From: Seison nebaliae | Taxonomy: Eukaryota | Reading direction: 5' to 3' | NCBI GenBank assembly: GCA_023231475.1 | Contig: JALJEE010002316.1 | Coordinates: 1 to 64,000, forward strand | Length of the DNA: 64,000 nt | In this document: in pieces, positions 52,342 to 63,700 of the stretch | Numbering within the stretch: the first letter of the stretch is position 1 | How the letters are laid out: each line of letters starts with the position of its first letter | Notes under the pieces: model-generated | The model's input: only the letters and a program-made list of their open reading frames with translations | What the model was told of the DNA's origin: nothing | Database searches by the model: none | Translations under genes and position numbers: made by a program

Positions 52342-54987
52342 TTAAGAAAATGTAATTTGTCCCAAATTTCCTACCGGATATTTCGATGGAATGATGGTTC
52401 TGTTAATACGTCGTTCTTCCAGACATTCAAAAGCCAGAACATCGATATTGAATTTGATTTTGTTGAAGAAGGCCGTTTTCACTCGGCTAATCCAATAGAG
52501 ATCCCGTATAGTGCCAATGCACACACCGTGCACAATTTTAGCACAAATGTCGCTATTCCATAAACTGAATGACGTTCTCATTTGATTTGTAGACGATGCT
52601 TTTAAAGAAGAATAATTATCTTTCTTCCAAACATTGAAATATTTTTTCTTCTCAAAGTTCATCGATTTGTTTCCTGCACAACGGTTTTTCGAATTGATAT
52701 ATAATCGATATCGATTGATAAACATGGAATGTAATTTTGATTCAACTTTCAAACATTCACATAAAAGAGATTGAAAGATAATTTCGTCAGAAATGAACAT
52801 GTGTGAGAGGAATTGGAAAAAACGTTGTGCAAATGGATTGTCGAAAATGAAATTAACAAACTCTCTTCTCAGTCCGACATACAACGATGATTTGGCTAAG
52901 GAAACAATAAATGTTTCATTCTTTTGAACATTAGTCGCAACATAAATGATATGATATCGAAAGAAGAAAAGTGAAATTTCTGGGAATTTTTCACGAATTT
53001 CTTTTCTTAATTTAAATTCATAAAATTCATTTGAAATCGCTAAAGAACAATTTGTGTAGATGACATTATCTTTAAATTTGGCATTCAAAGCCATTTCGTT
53101 CTCACCAAATAAACGATAGATTAAGAACTTCAACGTATCACGTCCACAATGACAATATAAAGAAATTTTTCCGTTGTTCTCATCATAAAACATTCTACTC
53201 ATTTCCATCATCGGAAGTAAATTAACTGTCTGGAATGTGCATGGAATGACATACTGCCATGATATCGTTCCACATGGAATCTGTTCGATATAATTCTTCA
53301 ATTGAGAAGTTAATGAAAATTTCTTCATTCCATTTAATCCATTCGAATATTTTCTCAATTCCTCAAAACAATTCAAATGAGCTTTCAACAAACTAAATTC
53401 TCCCCATTCCACATCTTCTCGTCGATCGATGACGATGATATTATGAAAATTTCGAGCGAATAATTTCGCCGTTAAATAAAACAACAATCGTTCCATCTTA
53501 TTATCGACATGAATACAATAGAGATGTTGAGGTTGATAGATTGAGAGGATGAATCTCTCTAATTGTTCAAATTCTTCATGAACTAAAATGGAAAAAGCTA
53601 AAGGTCGACATAATTGTTGTTCACTGACATAATAATAATTCATTTCACTTTCATAATTTAAATTCTTTCCTAAAACATTTAAATTTCTTTCATTTTTATT
53701 ATTAATATTTTTCCACCAATTATCGATTCCTTTCTCTTGTCGATATCGAGCGATGGTATTGGAAGTGAAATATTTATAATAATCTATCACATCTAATCCG
53801 GAGCTCAATTTTGGATTGATTTTAAATTCCGTTTGGATGATATCTTCATTCGTATTATTGTCATAGAAATAATTAGCACAATTCGAATGTTTCAATTGCC
53901 GGTCAACAATTAGCGAAATATTTGAGAGTTTCTTTTCTTCTTTCCTAATTATCAGATCTGGTAATAACAAAAAATTTCTCTTCTTTATCGATTTCTGTAG
54001 AATATTTATTTGAACGGAATTTCTCGTTTTAACCATCAAAACTAGATTAGGTAATTCTTGAGAGTTATCAATGAAATAACGGTTTGAAGTTGATCTAAGT
54101 GAATTTGGAGGAAATTGGTAAATAAAAGAAAAATATTTTTTTTCATACCATAAAACGGATGAAGACCGTTTCTTCAAATAATTGATGGATGTGAGAAAAC
54201 CTTTTATCGAGCAAATATAATTGTTGGAAATTTGATAGAATTCTCCTAAACAAAAATTCAAATTTTCACTCTGTCGGAACATGTGATTAATATGGAGGAA
54301 TTCAGTTAATCGAAAAAAATCGATATAAGTCGATTGTTCGATGCCAAGAACTATGGAGGAATCGCCAAATTTTTCTGATATTTCATTAATTTCATTTTTC
54401 AAATTTATTTTATTCGTTTCCATCCAAATTCCATGAGCTTTCAAGATTGATCGATGTGTCTGTATACGTAGGATATAAAGAGGCAGATAATATGTCAATC
54501 CAATTTGAATACCGGATCCATACCATCTGATGATAGAAGATAATAAATAAATCTTCTCAGGCAAATCGATCAATATAAGAACCAAAGTTAAGTTACTACT
54601 TAATTTATCAATTTTATCTCGAATTATATTATTCTCATTTTCACCAATTTCCACTGTAAAAGACTTGTCTTTAATCGAACTCGAATTAGATAATTGAGAT
54701 TGGAATGAATATATATCAGAAATATAAGTTTGAACTTCTTCATCGAAATCGTTGACGTTAATAACGAGAATTTCTTTGTTCGTAAAAGTATCAGACACAA
54801 ATAGATTGATTGGAGAAAAAGAGAATTCTTCTACCAATTTATTTTTTCTCTTATTTTCATTCGGATTCAACGATTCTCGAATTGTCTTCTTGATATCTCT
54901 TGTTCCATCCGATAAAATAAAAATTAACAATTGATATATGAGACAAACTGCAATAAAGAAGAGGATTCGACGGATGTAAAATTTCAT
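52342..54987 (-). CDS. Core-2/I-branching (GT14) beta-1,6-GlcNAc transferase-like type II membrane protein with long N-terminal region
   Basis: N-terminal TM; PLAFSILVH, IYQPQHLYCIHVDNK, VEWGEFSLLKAHLNC, ISDE, HGVCIG, FFNK. Confidence 0.85.
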   Translation of the reverse strand: MKFYIRRILFFIAVCLIYQLLIFILSDGTRDIKKTIRESLNPNENKRKNKLVEEFSFSPINLFVSDTFTNKEILVINVNDFDEEVQTYISDIYSFQSQLSNSSSIKDKSFTVEIGENENNIIRDKIDKLSSNLTLVLILIDLPEKIYLLSSIIRWYGSGIQIGLTYYLPLYILRIQTHRSILKAHGIWMETNKINLKNEINEISEKFGDSSIVLGIEQSTYIDFFRLTEFLHINHMFRQSENLNFCLGEFYQISNNYICSIKGFLTSINYLKKRSSSVLWYEKKYFSFIYQFPPNSLRSTSNRYFIDNSQELPNLVLMVKTRNSVQINILQKSIKKRNFLLLPDLIIRKEEKKLSNISLIVDRQLKHSNCANYFYDNNTNEDIIQTEFKINPKLSSGLDVIDYYKYFTSNTIARYRQEKGIDNWWKNINNKNERNLNVLGKNLNYESEMNYYYVSEQQLCRPLAFSILVHEEFEQLERFILSIYQPQHLYCIHVDNKMERLLFYLTAKLFARNFHNIIVIDRREDVEWGEFSLLKAHLNCFEELRKYSNGLNGMKKFSLTSQLKNYIEQIPCGTISWQYVIPCTFQTVNLLPMMEMSRMFYDENNGKISLYCHCGRDTLKFLIYRLFGENEMALNAKFKDNVIYTNCSLAISNEFYEFKLRKEIREKFPEISLFFFRYHIIYVATNVQKNETFIVSLAKSSLYVGLRREFVNFIFDNPFAQRFFQFLSHMFISDEIIFQSLLCECLKVESKLHSMFINRYRLYINSKNRCAGNKSMNFEKKKYFNVWKKDNYSSLKASSTNQMRTSFSLWNSDICAKIVHGVCIGTIRDLYWISRVKTAFFNKIKFNIDVLAFECLEERRINRTIIPSKYPVGNLGQITFS

Positions 54988-55374
54988 TTGGTGAAAATCG
55001 TTTTGAGGTTAATGACGTCATGAGTAATATTATTAATTTATGGTGAAAAAATTAATTTCCATTTTTTCTCATTCAAATTGAATTATTATTTTTTTAATTT
55101 TTATTATCAGATAACTGATAAAATACCTGAAGTAACATATGTTACTGAAGTTAATTTCAGGATAACTCAATTTGAACTTTCGTAATTCGACATTAGAATA
55201 ATAGAAGGAAAATATTGAGTAAAAGAAGACGTTAATGGCTTCAAAATTTTTGCGTAATTAAAAAGTTCTTTATTAAAAACTGAAGAATAATTTATTAGTT
55301 AGATTTGAATTTTAAGCTAAAAAAAATTTTTTTTGGAAAAATTTTAGAATCGAAACGAATCTTTTTAAAGAAGA

Positions 55375-56414
55375 ATGTCGAGTACGGAGAATAAGAAGGA
55401 AGATGATAAACAAGAGAAGGAAACTCCGAGGAAAGTAGTGATGAAATTCCCTTTCAAAAAAGTCGTAATTCATCCACTCGTATTATTGAGTGTGGTGGAT
55501 CATTATAATCGCGTTGCACAAGGCAATAAACATAAAAGAGTAGTTGGAATTTTGTTGGGTAGTATTCGAGGAAAGGCGTTGGATGTGGCGAATAGTTTTG
55601 CAGGTTTCTTTCATCTAATTTTCCCATTTCTTTTAAAATTGATCAAGTGCCTTTTGATGAGGAGGGGAAGAATGTATGGTTTTTAGATCATGAGTATTTG
55701 GAGAATATGTTCGCCATGTTCAAAAAAGTGAATTCGAGAGAGAGAATCGTGGGATGGTATCATACGGGACCTAAATTGAGATCGAATGATCTTCAAATTA
55801 ATGAATTATTATTACAATATGTGAAACATCCAGTTCTAGTGATTATCGATGCGAAACCGAAAGATGTGGGATTACCAACTGAATCTTATATCGCTGTTGA
55901 AGAGATCCATGATGATGGTACGATGATCAATAAAACATTCGAACATTTACCATCAGAAATTGGTGCAGAAGAAGCAGAAGAAGTGGGAGTAGAACATCTT
56001 CTGAGAGATATCCGAAATATTACCGCAGGAACATTGTCACAACAGATCACTCAACAAGTTTATGGTTTGAAAGGATTGGGAATGGCGTTGGTGGAGATAG
56101 TTGAATATTTGAAAAAAGTGAATGAAGGAAAATTACCGAAGAATAATCAAATTCTTTCGAAATTACAAGATATTCAAAATCTTCTTCCACCAGTTACGGC
56201 TCCGTTTGTTCAATCGTTAAAAACGACGACGAACGACCATTTTATGACGATCTATTTAGCGAGTATTGTTCGGACGGGTATTGCGTTGCACAATTTGTTA
56301 CTGAATAAATTGATGAACAAAGATGCGGAACAACAACAGAATCGGAAAATAGCAGCGCAACATTTGGCGAAAGCGGCGGCGGAAGCTCAAGCGACAGCGA
56401 ATCCAAAAAATTGA
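55375..56414 (+). CDS. PSMD7: 26S proteasome lid subunit Rpn8, 2 exons (intron 55604-55647)
   Basis: [57 protein letters not shown]. Confidence 0.96.
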
Positions 56415-57089
56415 AAAAGTAAATAAATTAGTTGGATGAAATAAATTATTTTTCTTTGTTATTTCCTTCAAATGATTTTCTGCTCCTAATCGATTATCGA
56501 TGATGAGAGAAGAAGGGAAAATGAGTATTAAATGAAAATGAAAATTTATTTGTTGAAAATGAGAGAATGTGGAAGAAGTGAAATGTGTGGAATGTTTGTA
56601 GTCGAATACAGACATGGATCTACATATATAGACGGATTTGATGTGTAGTGAACGAGTGCTGAAGGGTATCTCTAAAAATAAGTAAATAAGTTCGGAAGTG
56701 AAAGGAATTTCACCTTGAGCAACTTGAAATCAACAAATACCAATGTGTTCATCTATCTATTTAACTGAACTGAAATGCGTTAGCCAGATATCCGAGAAGA
56801 TTTTGATGATGATAATTTCAAACGAAGAAATCTACTTCTTACAATGTGTCCATGTGTGTGTATGAAGGGGAAAATAGTTTATATAATATGATAGAGGGAA
56901 GGAAAGATCTTTCTCCAGTTGATTCTCTATAATATTTCTGTTATTTCTAATAAATTCCTCTTTTCTATTCCCGTCAATTATATTGTGAGGATAATTTCTT
57001 TTCTTTCTTTTATCGTTCGCCAATTCGAAGAAGAAATCATAAACGATTAAATTAATAATATCTCCCAAAATTTATGGTAATCTTGGAGG

Positions 57090-58353
57090 ATGAATCATGA
57101 AACGAACAATCAGAGTAATGATGAACATCCGACATTCATCACAATGATTGGCGCCGAAGCATCAGAACGTGAATTCGATAATGTTCCTCAAATATTCATA
57201 ACGTCATCGCCAGGTAATCGCCGCACATCAACATTACAAAGAAACTTTTCTTTATCATCATCCTCACCACATCGCATTCAGTTACAACAACCAAACACTC
57301 GGACTGCTACCACTTCTCCACTATCACCCCTATCGCCCACTATGACGAACAGTCGATCAATTAATCATCAGCAATCATCCATCCGGAACGATCAACCATC
57401 ATTTCGATTATTCACTAATCGTCAGAGTATAGCTCGACCTGATGGAAGAACGATCGTTCTCAAAAATCCATATGATAATTCTGTCCAGTTAGTGTACTTT
57501 CATTTCCATCATCATCATCATCATCATCTTCTCCCAGTTCCAATAATCAGATACTTCAAATGTTAGAAGAGGAAATGAAGGAAGTGAGTAAAGAATTACT
57601 CATCAATTCCAATAACAACAGTCGACCTGTCATCTCATCAAAACTTCTAAATATTCCACCACCAGCTTACTCCACTGATGACATGGAATCAGCCAGAGAA
57701 ACACCATATTCATCTGCTTATGGTTCGGATATCACATCTCCCTCTTCTTCCTTACTCATGAGAAATGACGATCGTCAACAATTGACTGGACAGTCGTCGA
57801 TTAATTCTCTTCAATCTCCCAATTTCCAAATCGAGTTCCATACAATTCCAGAAAGAAAACCATCACCTTTCCCATCAAGTGATGTCCTTGGTTCCATTCC
57901 ATCATGACTCTCTTATCATCTCCTAATTCTTCTCATCGTAGGAATTTGTAAGAAATGTAAAAAATATGTATTTGAAACGGACGATGCTTGTCGTGCACTA
58001 AATACCTCCGTTTTCCATGCGACCTGTTTCCGCTGCACCGAATGTTACGAGACGTTACGCGGCTCACAATATTATTTCGTTGATATGAATCATATTTATT
58101 GTGAGAAGGATTATAAAGTTAATTTATTTTTAATAATAATTTATATTATTATTTGCAGAGATTATTCTTATGTAATCATTGCGATCGTATGATTGGCGAT
58201 TCATCAAATGAAAAGATATCGATCATTATCGATAATAAACATTATTACTTTCATCAAAACTGTTTCAATTGTCGACAATGCAATTATCCTCTAACGGATG
58301 TGTTTCGGATCGACAAGAACCTCCAATTATATTGCACCAATTGTTTCTCCTAA
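57090..58353 (+). CDS. Ajuba/zyxin-family-like LIM protein (Ser/Pro-rich N-terminus, two LIM domains), 4 exons
   Basis: GICKKC..ACRALNTSVFHATCFRCTEC..LRG..Y..YCEKDY and CNHC..FHQNCFNCRQC..LYCTNC; three GTT introns. Confidence 0.8.
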
Positions 58354-59833
58354 CATCTCAACTTTCTCAGATATATCTGTGCACTTTTCAAGCACTACAC
58401 GAATTCTGATGCATTCTTTTCTTATTGTAATTTCTTTTCTAATTATAAGACCGGTGAAAACATTTTATGAGGAATCTATTCGAATACGGAACAAGAAAGA
58501 AAATTTCTTCTTCTTCTTCTTATTCAATTTGCCAAATACACGAAAAGTACACATTTATTCTATAAATTCCTCTTTACAACTCTCCATAATAAAGATCATT
58601 AATGTTTACGTACCGCTAAATGTTGCTAAGAAAATGTAAGAAAGTAATGAAGTTTCTTCTACAATATATATTAATAATAAATTCCATTTTTCACACGAAC
58701 ACACATACACACACAGAATTGCACACACAAGCACACAACTCTGTCAAAAATCACAGAAATTTATGTGAATATTTGTTATGGGGTAAAATAAACATATGTA
58801 GCTTCATCTATTAGTTACAAGAAGTGAAATGTTTGAAAATGAGAGAAAAATCATGTGAAAACCATTAAATTTATGTAGACCACTCACAAAATGTAAGCTT
58901 TATTGGATATCGAATTTATTGTTTTTGTTATTGACTATTTTGAATTCTGCTGCAGTTCGTCGAGTACATCGACAAGTATCAATAAAATTATTGGTTTTCT
59001 ATGCGAATTATCGGTTGGATGAATGAGCGATAAGATTCGATTATTTATCGAATTGGACGAAACCTATCCACCAATCTCCCGTATACCAACTCGATGATTT
59101 TCTATTATAATATAAATATTTTCAATTCATAAAATTACGAATAAAAAATATTCATCCACTCTTCATCTTTCCTCTCTTTCATTTATATTATACGTTACAT
59201 AAGAAGACGAATTGGTGCGTACAAGTGGGGATGAAGGAAGAGTATACATATGCCCCCACATCTCCCCACAAAAAAATGTTTAAACATACACCTTCGTAGT
59301 TAATAAGCCCTATTAATTGGTATCTTTGTATTTGCGAATAATGTTATTCGTTTCCCATAATTGTTCGAACCGAATGAATTATAGGAAATCTGTAAAATGC
59401 AATTATATTAATTTCTTTCTTGTAATTTCCACAATTTTTCTTCCACATCCAATCTTCCTTGACGCAGGTTGATTGATCTATAAATAAATTTCATTTTTTT
59501 TTTTCATTTCTATCAAAAAGTGTTTCAATTTTTTCTGTGAGTGAATATCATACGTAAGAAGTCGTTTAGATATCCAAATATTTCGGGAGTGTTCCTTTGA
59601 AGTGAGAAGAAAGAGGATATTCTATTTCCATTCAATCAATTTTTTATGATAAAATTCTTTAGTGGGAGCGAGAGTACAAGGAGAAAATGTGCAACAATTA
59701 TTGAAAAGAGAAAATTGTGCAGTACGTATTGTTAGAAAATAGAAAAGAAGAGAAGAAATTTGAAAAAGGAACATTCGAAATTTCCATAAATTGAAAATTA
59801 ATACACGATTTACGAGAAGATTCCACTCTCGCC

Positions 59834-61037
59834 ATGACAAGTAAAGATTCCAACTCAGAAATGAGTCGTGCACCGACTGGCGTCATGACAGTGAAAGCAA
59901 TGCCAGCGTACGACGATTCGGGAACGGTGGAGATTCAATATTACGACGCGAAAATCATCGGGAACGGTTCGTTTGGAGTGGTGTATAAAGCGAAACTATT
60001 GCCCAGTAACGAGAAAGTGGCCATCAAAAAAGTTCTACAAGATAAACGATATAAGAATCGCGAATTACATATTATGAGAAGATTGCAACATCCGAATATT
60101 GTAGAATTGAAATATTATTTTTACTCATCCAAGAGCAGTTATAAGGATGACATTTTCCTCAATTTGTTAATGGAATGTATACCAGAAACGGTGTATCGTG
60201 TCATGAAACATTATACGAAGAGTCGAGAGAACATCCCGATGATTTATGTCAAATTATACATGTACCAATTATTTCGAGCATTAAGTTATATGCATTCCTT
60301 CAACATTTGCCATCGGTTAATTTTTTATTTTACAAAAAAAATTAAATTATTAAAATTCTTCAATTTATTTTAGTGATATTAAACCACAGAACTTATTAGT
60401 CGATCCAGAACGAGCAATTCTCAAACTTTGTGATTTCGGTTCAGCGAAACAATTAGTAGAAAATGAAGTGAACGTTTCCTACATTTGTTCACGATATTAT
60501 CGTGCACCTGAACTCATATTTGGTGCGACGGATTATCAATGTACAATTGATCTGTGGTCGGCGGGCTGTGTATTTGCCGAACTGCTCATTGGTCAACCAC
60601 TTTTCCCCGGAGATAGTGGCGTCGATCAATTAGTGGAGATAATTAAAGTGATTGGAACGCCAACAAAAGACGAAATAAAACAAATGAATAAAACGTACAC
60701 GGAATTCAAATTTCCAAATATCAGACCATATTCATGGTCACGATTATTCAGGAAACATAATCAGGAAGGATTGACATTAATTCCACTCCTCTTGAAATAC
60801 ACTCCCACCACCAGAATAACAGCTCTCAATGCGATGGCACATCCATTTTTCGATGATTGTCGTGTGAGTGACGGGAGATTAAGTAATCAAAATCCATATC
60901 CCCCAATAACCAATCTCACCTCACAGGAAGTGGAGATGGCGAAGAATTCGAGTGTCTATGATAAATTACGTCCCAAGTCCAAAGTGGAGATCACACAGGA
61001 CACAATATCAAATATGGATTTGAAGAGAGTAATGTGA
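59834..61037 (+). CDS. GSK3: Glycogen synthase kinase-3, 2 exons (intron 60316-60373)
   Basis: [53 protein letters not shown]. Confidence 0.96.
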
Positions 61038-61142
61038 GTAAATTGATCTATTTCATTTTCTGTTTCCTTCTTCTCAATCGAACTAACATTAATTCAATCC
61101 TCAATTTATGGGACAAAAACAGAATGTTTCTACTGGATCCAT

Positions 61143-61145
<3 letters not shown>

Positions 61146-61174
<29 letters not shown>
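61146..61174. repeat. (CT)n microsatellite in GSK3 3' region
   Basis: Direct reading. Confidence 0.9.
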
Positions 61175-61184
<10 letters not shown>

Positions 61185-61717
61185 CTTTTCATTATTTTCC
61201 TCCATAAACCGATTTGAAGCGTCACATCAGAGAAGTTTTTTTTTCCATGAAATTTTTCAAATTCGACGAAAACCGTCGTCGAGATCATCATTTAGAAATG
61301 TTATTGAAAAATGCGACATTTTACAATTTATCTTTTTATAAGCAAAATTAAAAATTTTATTATTTTCATACACTTTCCCTTCAACAATTCAACATCTCTC
61401 CCAAGTCAATTTTTCGTCGGGAGGAGGACGAAGGACGAATAATATTTTTTTCTCTTTTGAGCACATATACGTATTATGGATATTCGTTTAACTCATTTTA
61501 TTATTTTCTTTTTATGACATTGAGAAATTAGTGAGGAATGTTTATATAAAAAAGACGAATAATTGTTAATTTCGAATTCGGAACATCTAACCGAAATTTG
61601 AAGACAAATACAATATTTATTTTAAATAAAAATAATGGTGCACTATCGATTGTTCTAACGGAAAATATTTTTTTCAAATATAATTATTGGAAAATTGGTG
61701 GAATAACTATCAAATTA

Positions 61718-63700
61718 TTAGTCTTCTTGAGTTTCCGATAAATCATCATTCAATTTGGCCGAGTACCAAAACTTCGATAATCCAACTGATTTAATCTCAT
61801 TTTTAATACGTTCAACAGACGACACATTGTCAGTTGTTGTTGAAAGTTCTTTTTTCTTCATACTCAACACACCCAACATGTTATCAAATTTGGTTAAATC
61901 AGGACGAGACTGATTAAATTTGAATTGGAGAACATCATCTTTTGACATGTCGAAAGTATTTATTAATTTTCCGTACATTTCTCCTTCGTCGTGTTGACGA
62001 CGTAGGAAGGAGACAAAGACCAATTTGGCAGGAAAAACTTCATCTTTGTACGCAGCGAATAATTTAGCGAAATAATAATTTTGACCATTTGCCGATTTGG
62101 CTTTCGTATTCTCCTCCTCATCAGTAACGATGATAAATGTTCTAATGATTTCTTTCCGATCAAAATATGGAACAAGTGAAGCCGCTGGTGCTGTGGCACC
62201 AGATGCACTAGTTTTATTTGCGATTTCGATAACTTGTTCGATCGATTCTGGTGTATGTTCCACCTCTCGAGTTTGAGTATTAAAGAAGGATAATTTAGCG
62301 TTACATGCCGCTGCCATTAAAGAGGCGATGATGGATGATGTGCGTACGGCCACACTCATACTGGATGAACGATCACCGATAACGGCGATTGGAGATGGTA
62401 AATCGAGTTGAATGGAATGTAATTGCTTCTCTGCATATCTGTAAAGTATGGGCAAGAATGGACATGAATTATTATGTTGATAAATATACAAAATTCTCTC
62501 CATCAATTTACCATATGGCATGGTGAAAGGTGAGGAATCTTCACCATTCTCTTTTTCATGTTCTAATAATTTTGAATGGATCAATTCATCCAATTTGGGA
62601 CTACTCAACTCTTCATACCACCACAATAAAGTATTCAAATCTGAATAACCGATAATCTTTTCCACCGACGCACTTGTCAATTTTCCTTTAAATTTCTTAA
62701 TACGACTAAATGTTATATCGTTCTTTTGTAACAACTCATTGATATTCTCCTCATTCATGTCACGTAATTGTCGAGAGGCATGATCTTCTGGTAAAGCGTT
62801 CTCGTCATAACAGAATGGCAGGAACCATTCCAATTGGAAACATTTCGGATGGAAATGAACAATATCAGCCAACTTTTTCCAAGGTGCTACTGGCATATAA
62901 ATTGAGAAGAATTCTAATTCACTCTTTTTTAAAGTTTTTGCCCATTGTCTGATGAATTGAGCTTTGGATTTTGTAAATGATAATTCCATATCACTCAACT
63001 TCTCCGCATTATGTTTCTCCACCACCAATTTTCTCATACATTTTGATGGTTTTACTTCCATATCATCAACCTTCAAATCATCTATTTTCGATGTTATCAT
63101 CGATGATGTCACTGATTCCATATCGACATCAGATACCACTTCATAATCCGCTTCAGATTCAGTTCGGTCTCTGAGAGGTTCGTTCGATTTTTCTTTTTCT
63201 TTTTCTTCTTTTTTCTTTTTCTCATAATTCAATTTACCTTGAATTATATCACCACGAATCTTTTCGATTTTCCTCTCCAATTGTTTCTTTAATCTCGTCG
63301 AATCGAGAATTTGAACTGCTTTCAATATTTCGACCACAGTGTAAACAGATCGTTTCGATGTCAACACTTCAGCTAATACCCAATTGTTCAAGTGTAGCGC
63401 GGCTGCTAAAACTTTACTCAATGTTGACGATGTCAACACAATTTTCATCTCTAACAAATGGCAAAGATGAGCCACATACGACAATTCATCTCCACTCAAA
63501 AGTTCCACATGTTGTGAGATGGTAGCACCTTCAAATTCGGTGGTGGTAAATACATCGAACGGAGTGGCCAAATTCGGCTTGCGATGTATTTTCGTTTCTT
63601 CCTTCGTCTTATCTTTCGTCACTTTCTTCACTCCACCTCCACGTGCACTTCGTCGACCACCTCGTCGACCGCTCATTCGTCCACCTCGTCCTCTTGGCAT
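61718..63700 (-). CDS. RGG-tailed helical-repeat plus vWA-domain protein (TROVE/Ro60-like architecture), intronless
   Basis: N-terminal RGRGGR..RRGGRR; MIDAS-like IAVIGDRSSSM, GATAPAASL, FIIVTDEEEN; family assignment is from motif resemblance only. Confidence 0.6.
   Translation of the reverse strand: MPRGRGGRMSGRRGGRRSARGGGVKKVTKDKTKEETKIHRKPNLATPFDVFTTTEFEGATISQHVELLSGDELSYVAHLCHLLEMKIVLTSSTLSKVLAAALHLNNWVLAEVLTSKRSVYTVVEILKAVQILDSTRLKKQLERKIEKIRGDIIQGKLNYEKKKKEEKEKEKSNEPLRDRTESEADYEVVSDVDMESVTSSMITSKIDDLKVDDMEVKPSKCMRKLVVEKHNAEKLSDMELSFTKSKAQFIRQWAKTLKKSELEFFSIYMPVAPWKKLADIVHFHPKCFQLEWFLPFCYDENALPEDHASRQLRDMNEENINELLQKNDITFSRIKKFKGKLTSASVEKIIGYSDLNTLLWWYEELSSPKLDELIHSKLLEHEKENGEDSSPFTMPYGKLMERILYIYQHNNSCPFLPILYRYAEKQLHSIQLDLPSPIAVIGDRSSSMSVAVRTSSIIASLMAAACNAKLSFFNTQTREVEHTPESIEQVIEIANKTSASGATAPAASLVPYFDRKEIIRTFIIVTDEEENTKAKSANGQNYYFAKLFAAYKDEVFPAKLVFVSFLRRQHDEGEMYGKLINTFDMSKDDVLQFKFNQSRPDLTKFDNMLGVLSMKKKELSTTTDNVSSVERIKNEIKSVGLSKFWYSAKLNDDLSETQED

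Noticed and set aside
217..63700. Alternative genetic code or programmed frameshifting to explain fragmented ORFs
   Set aside because: Breaks in conserved genes are explained by short GT-AG introns, and TAA and TGA act as normal stops
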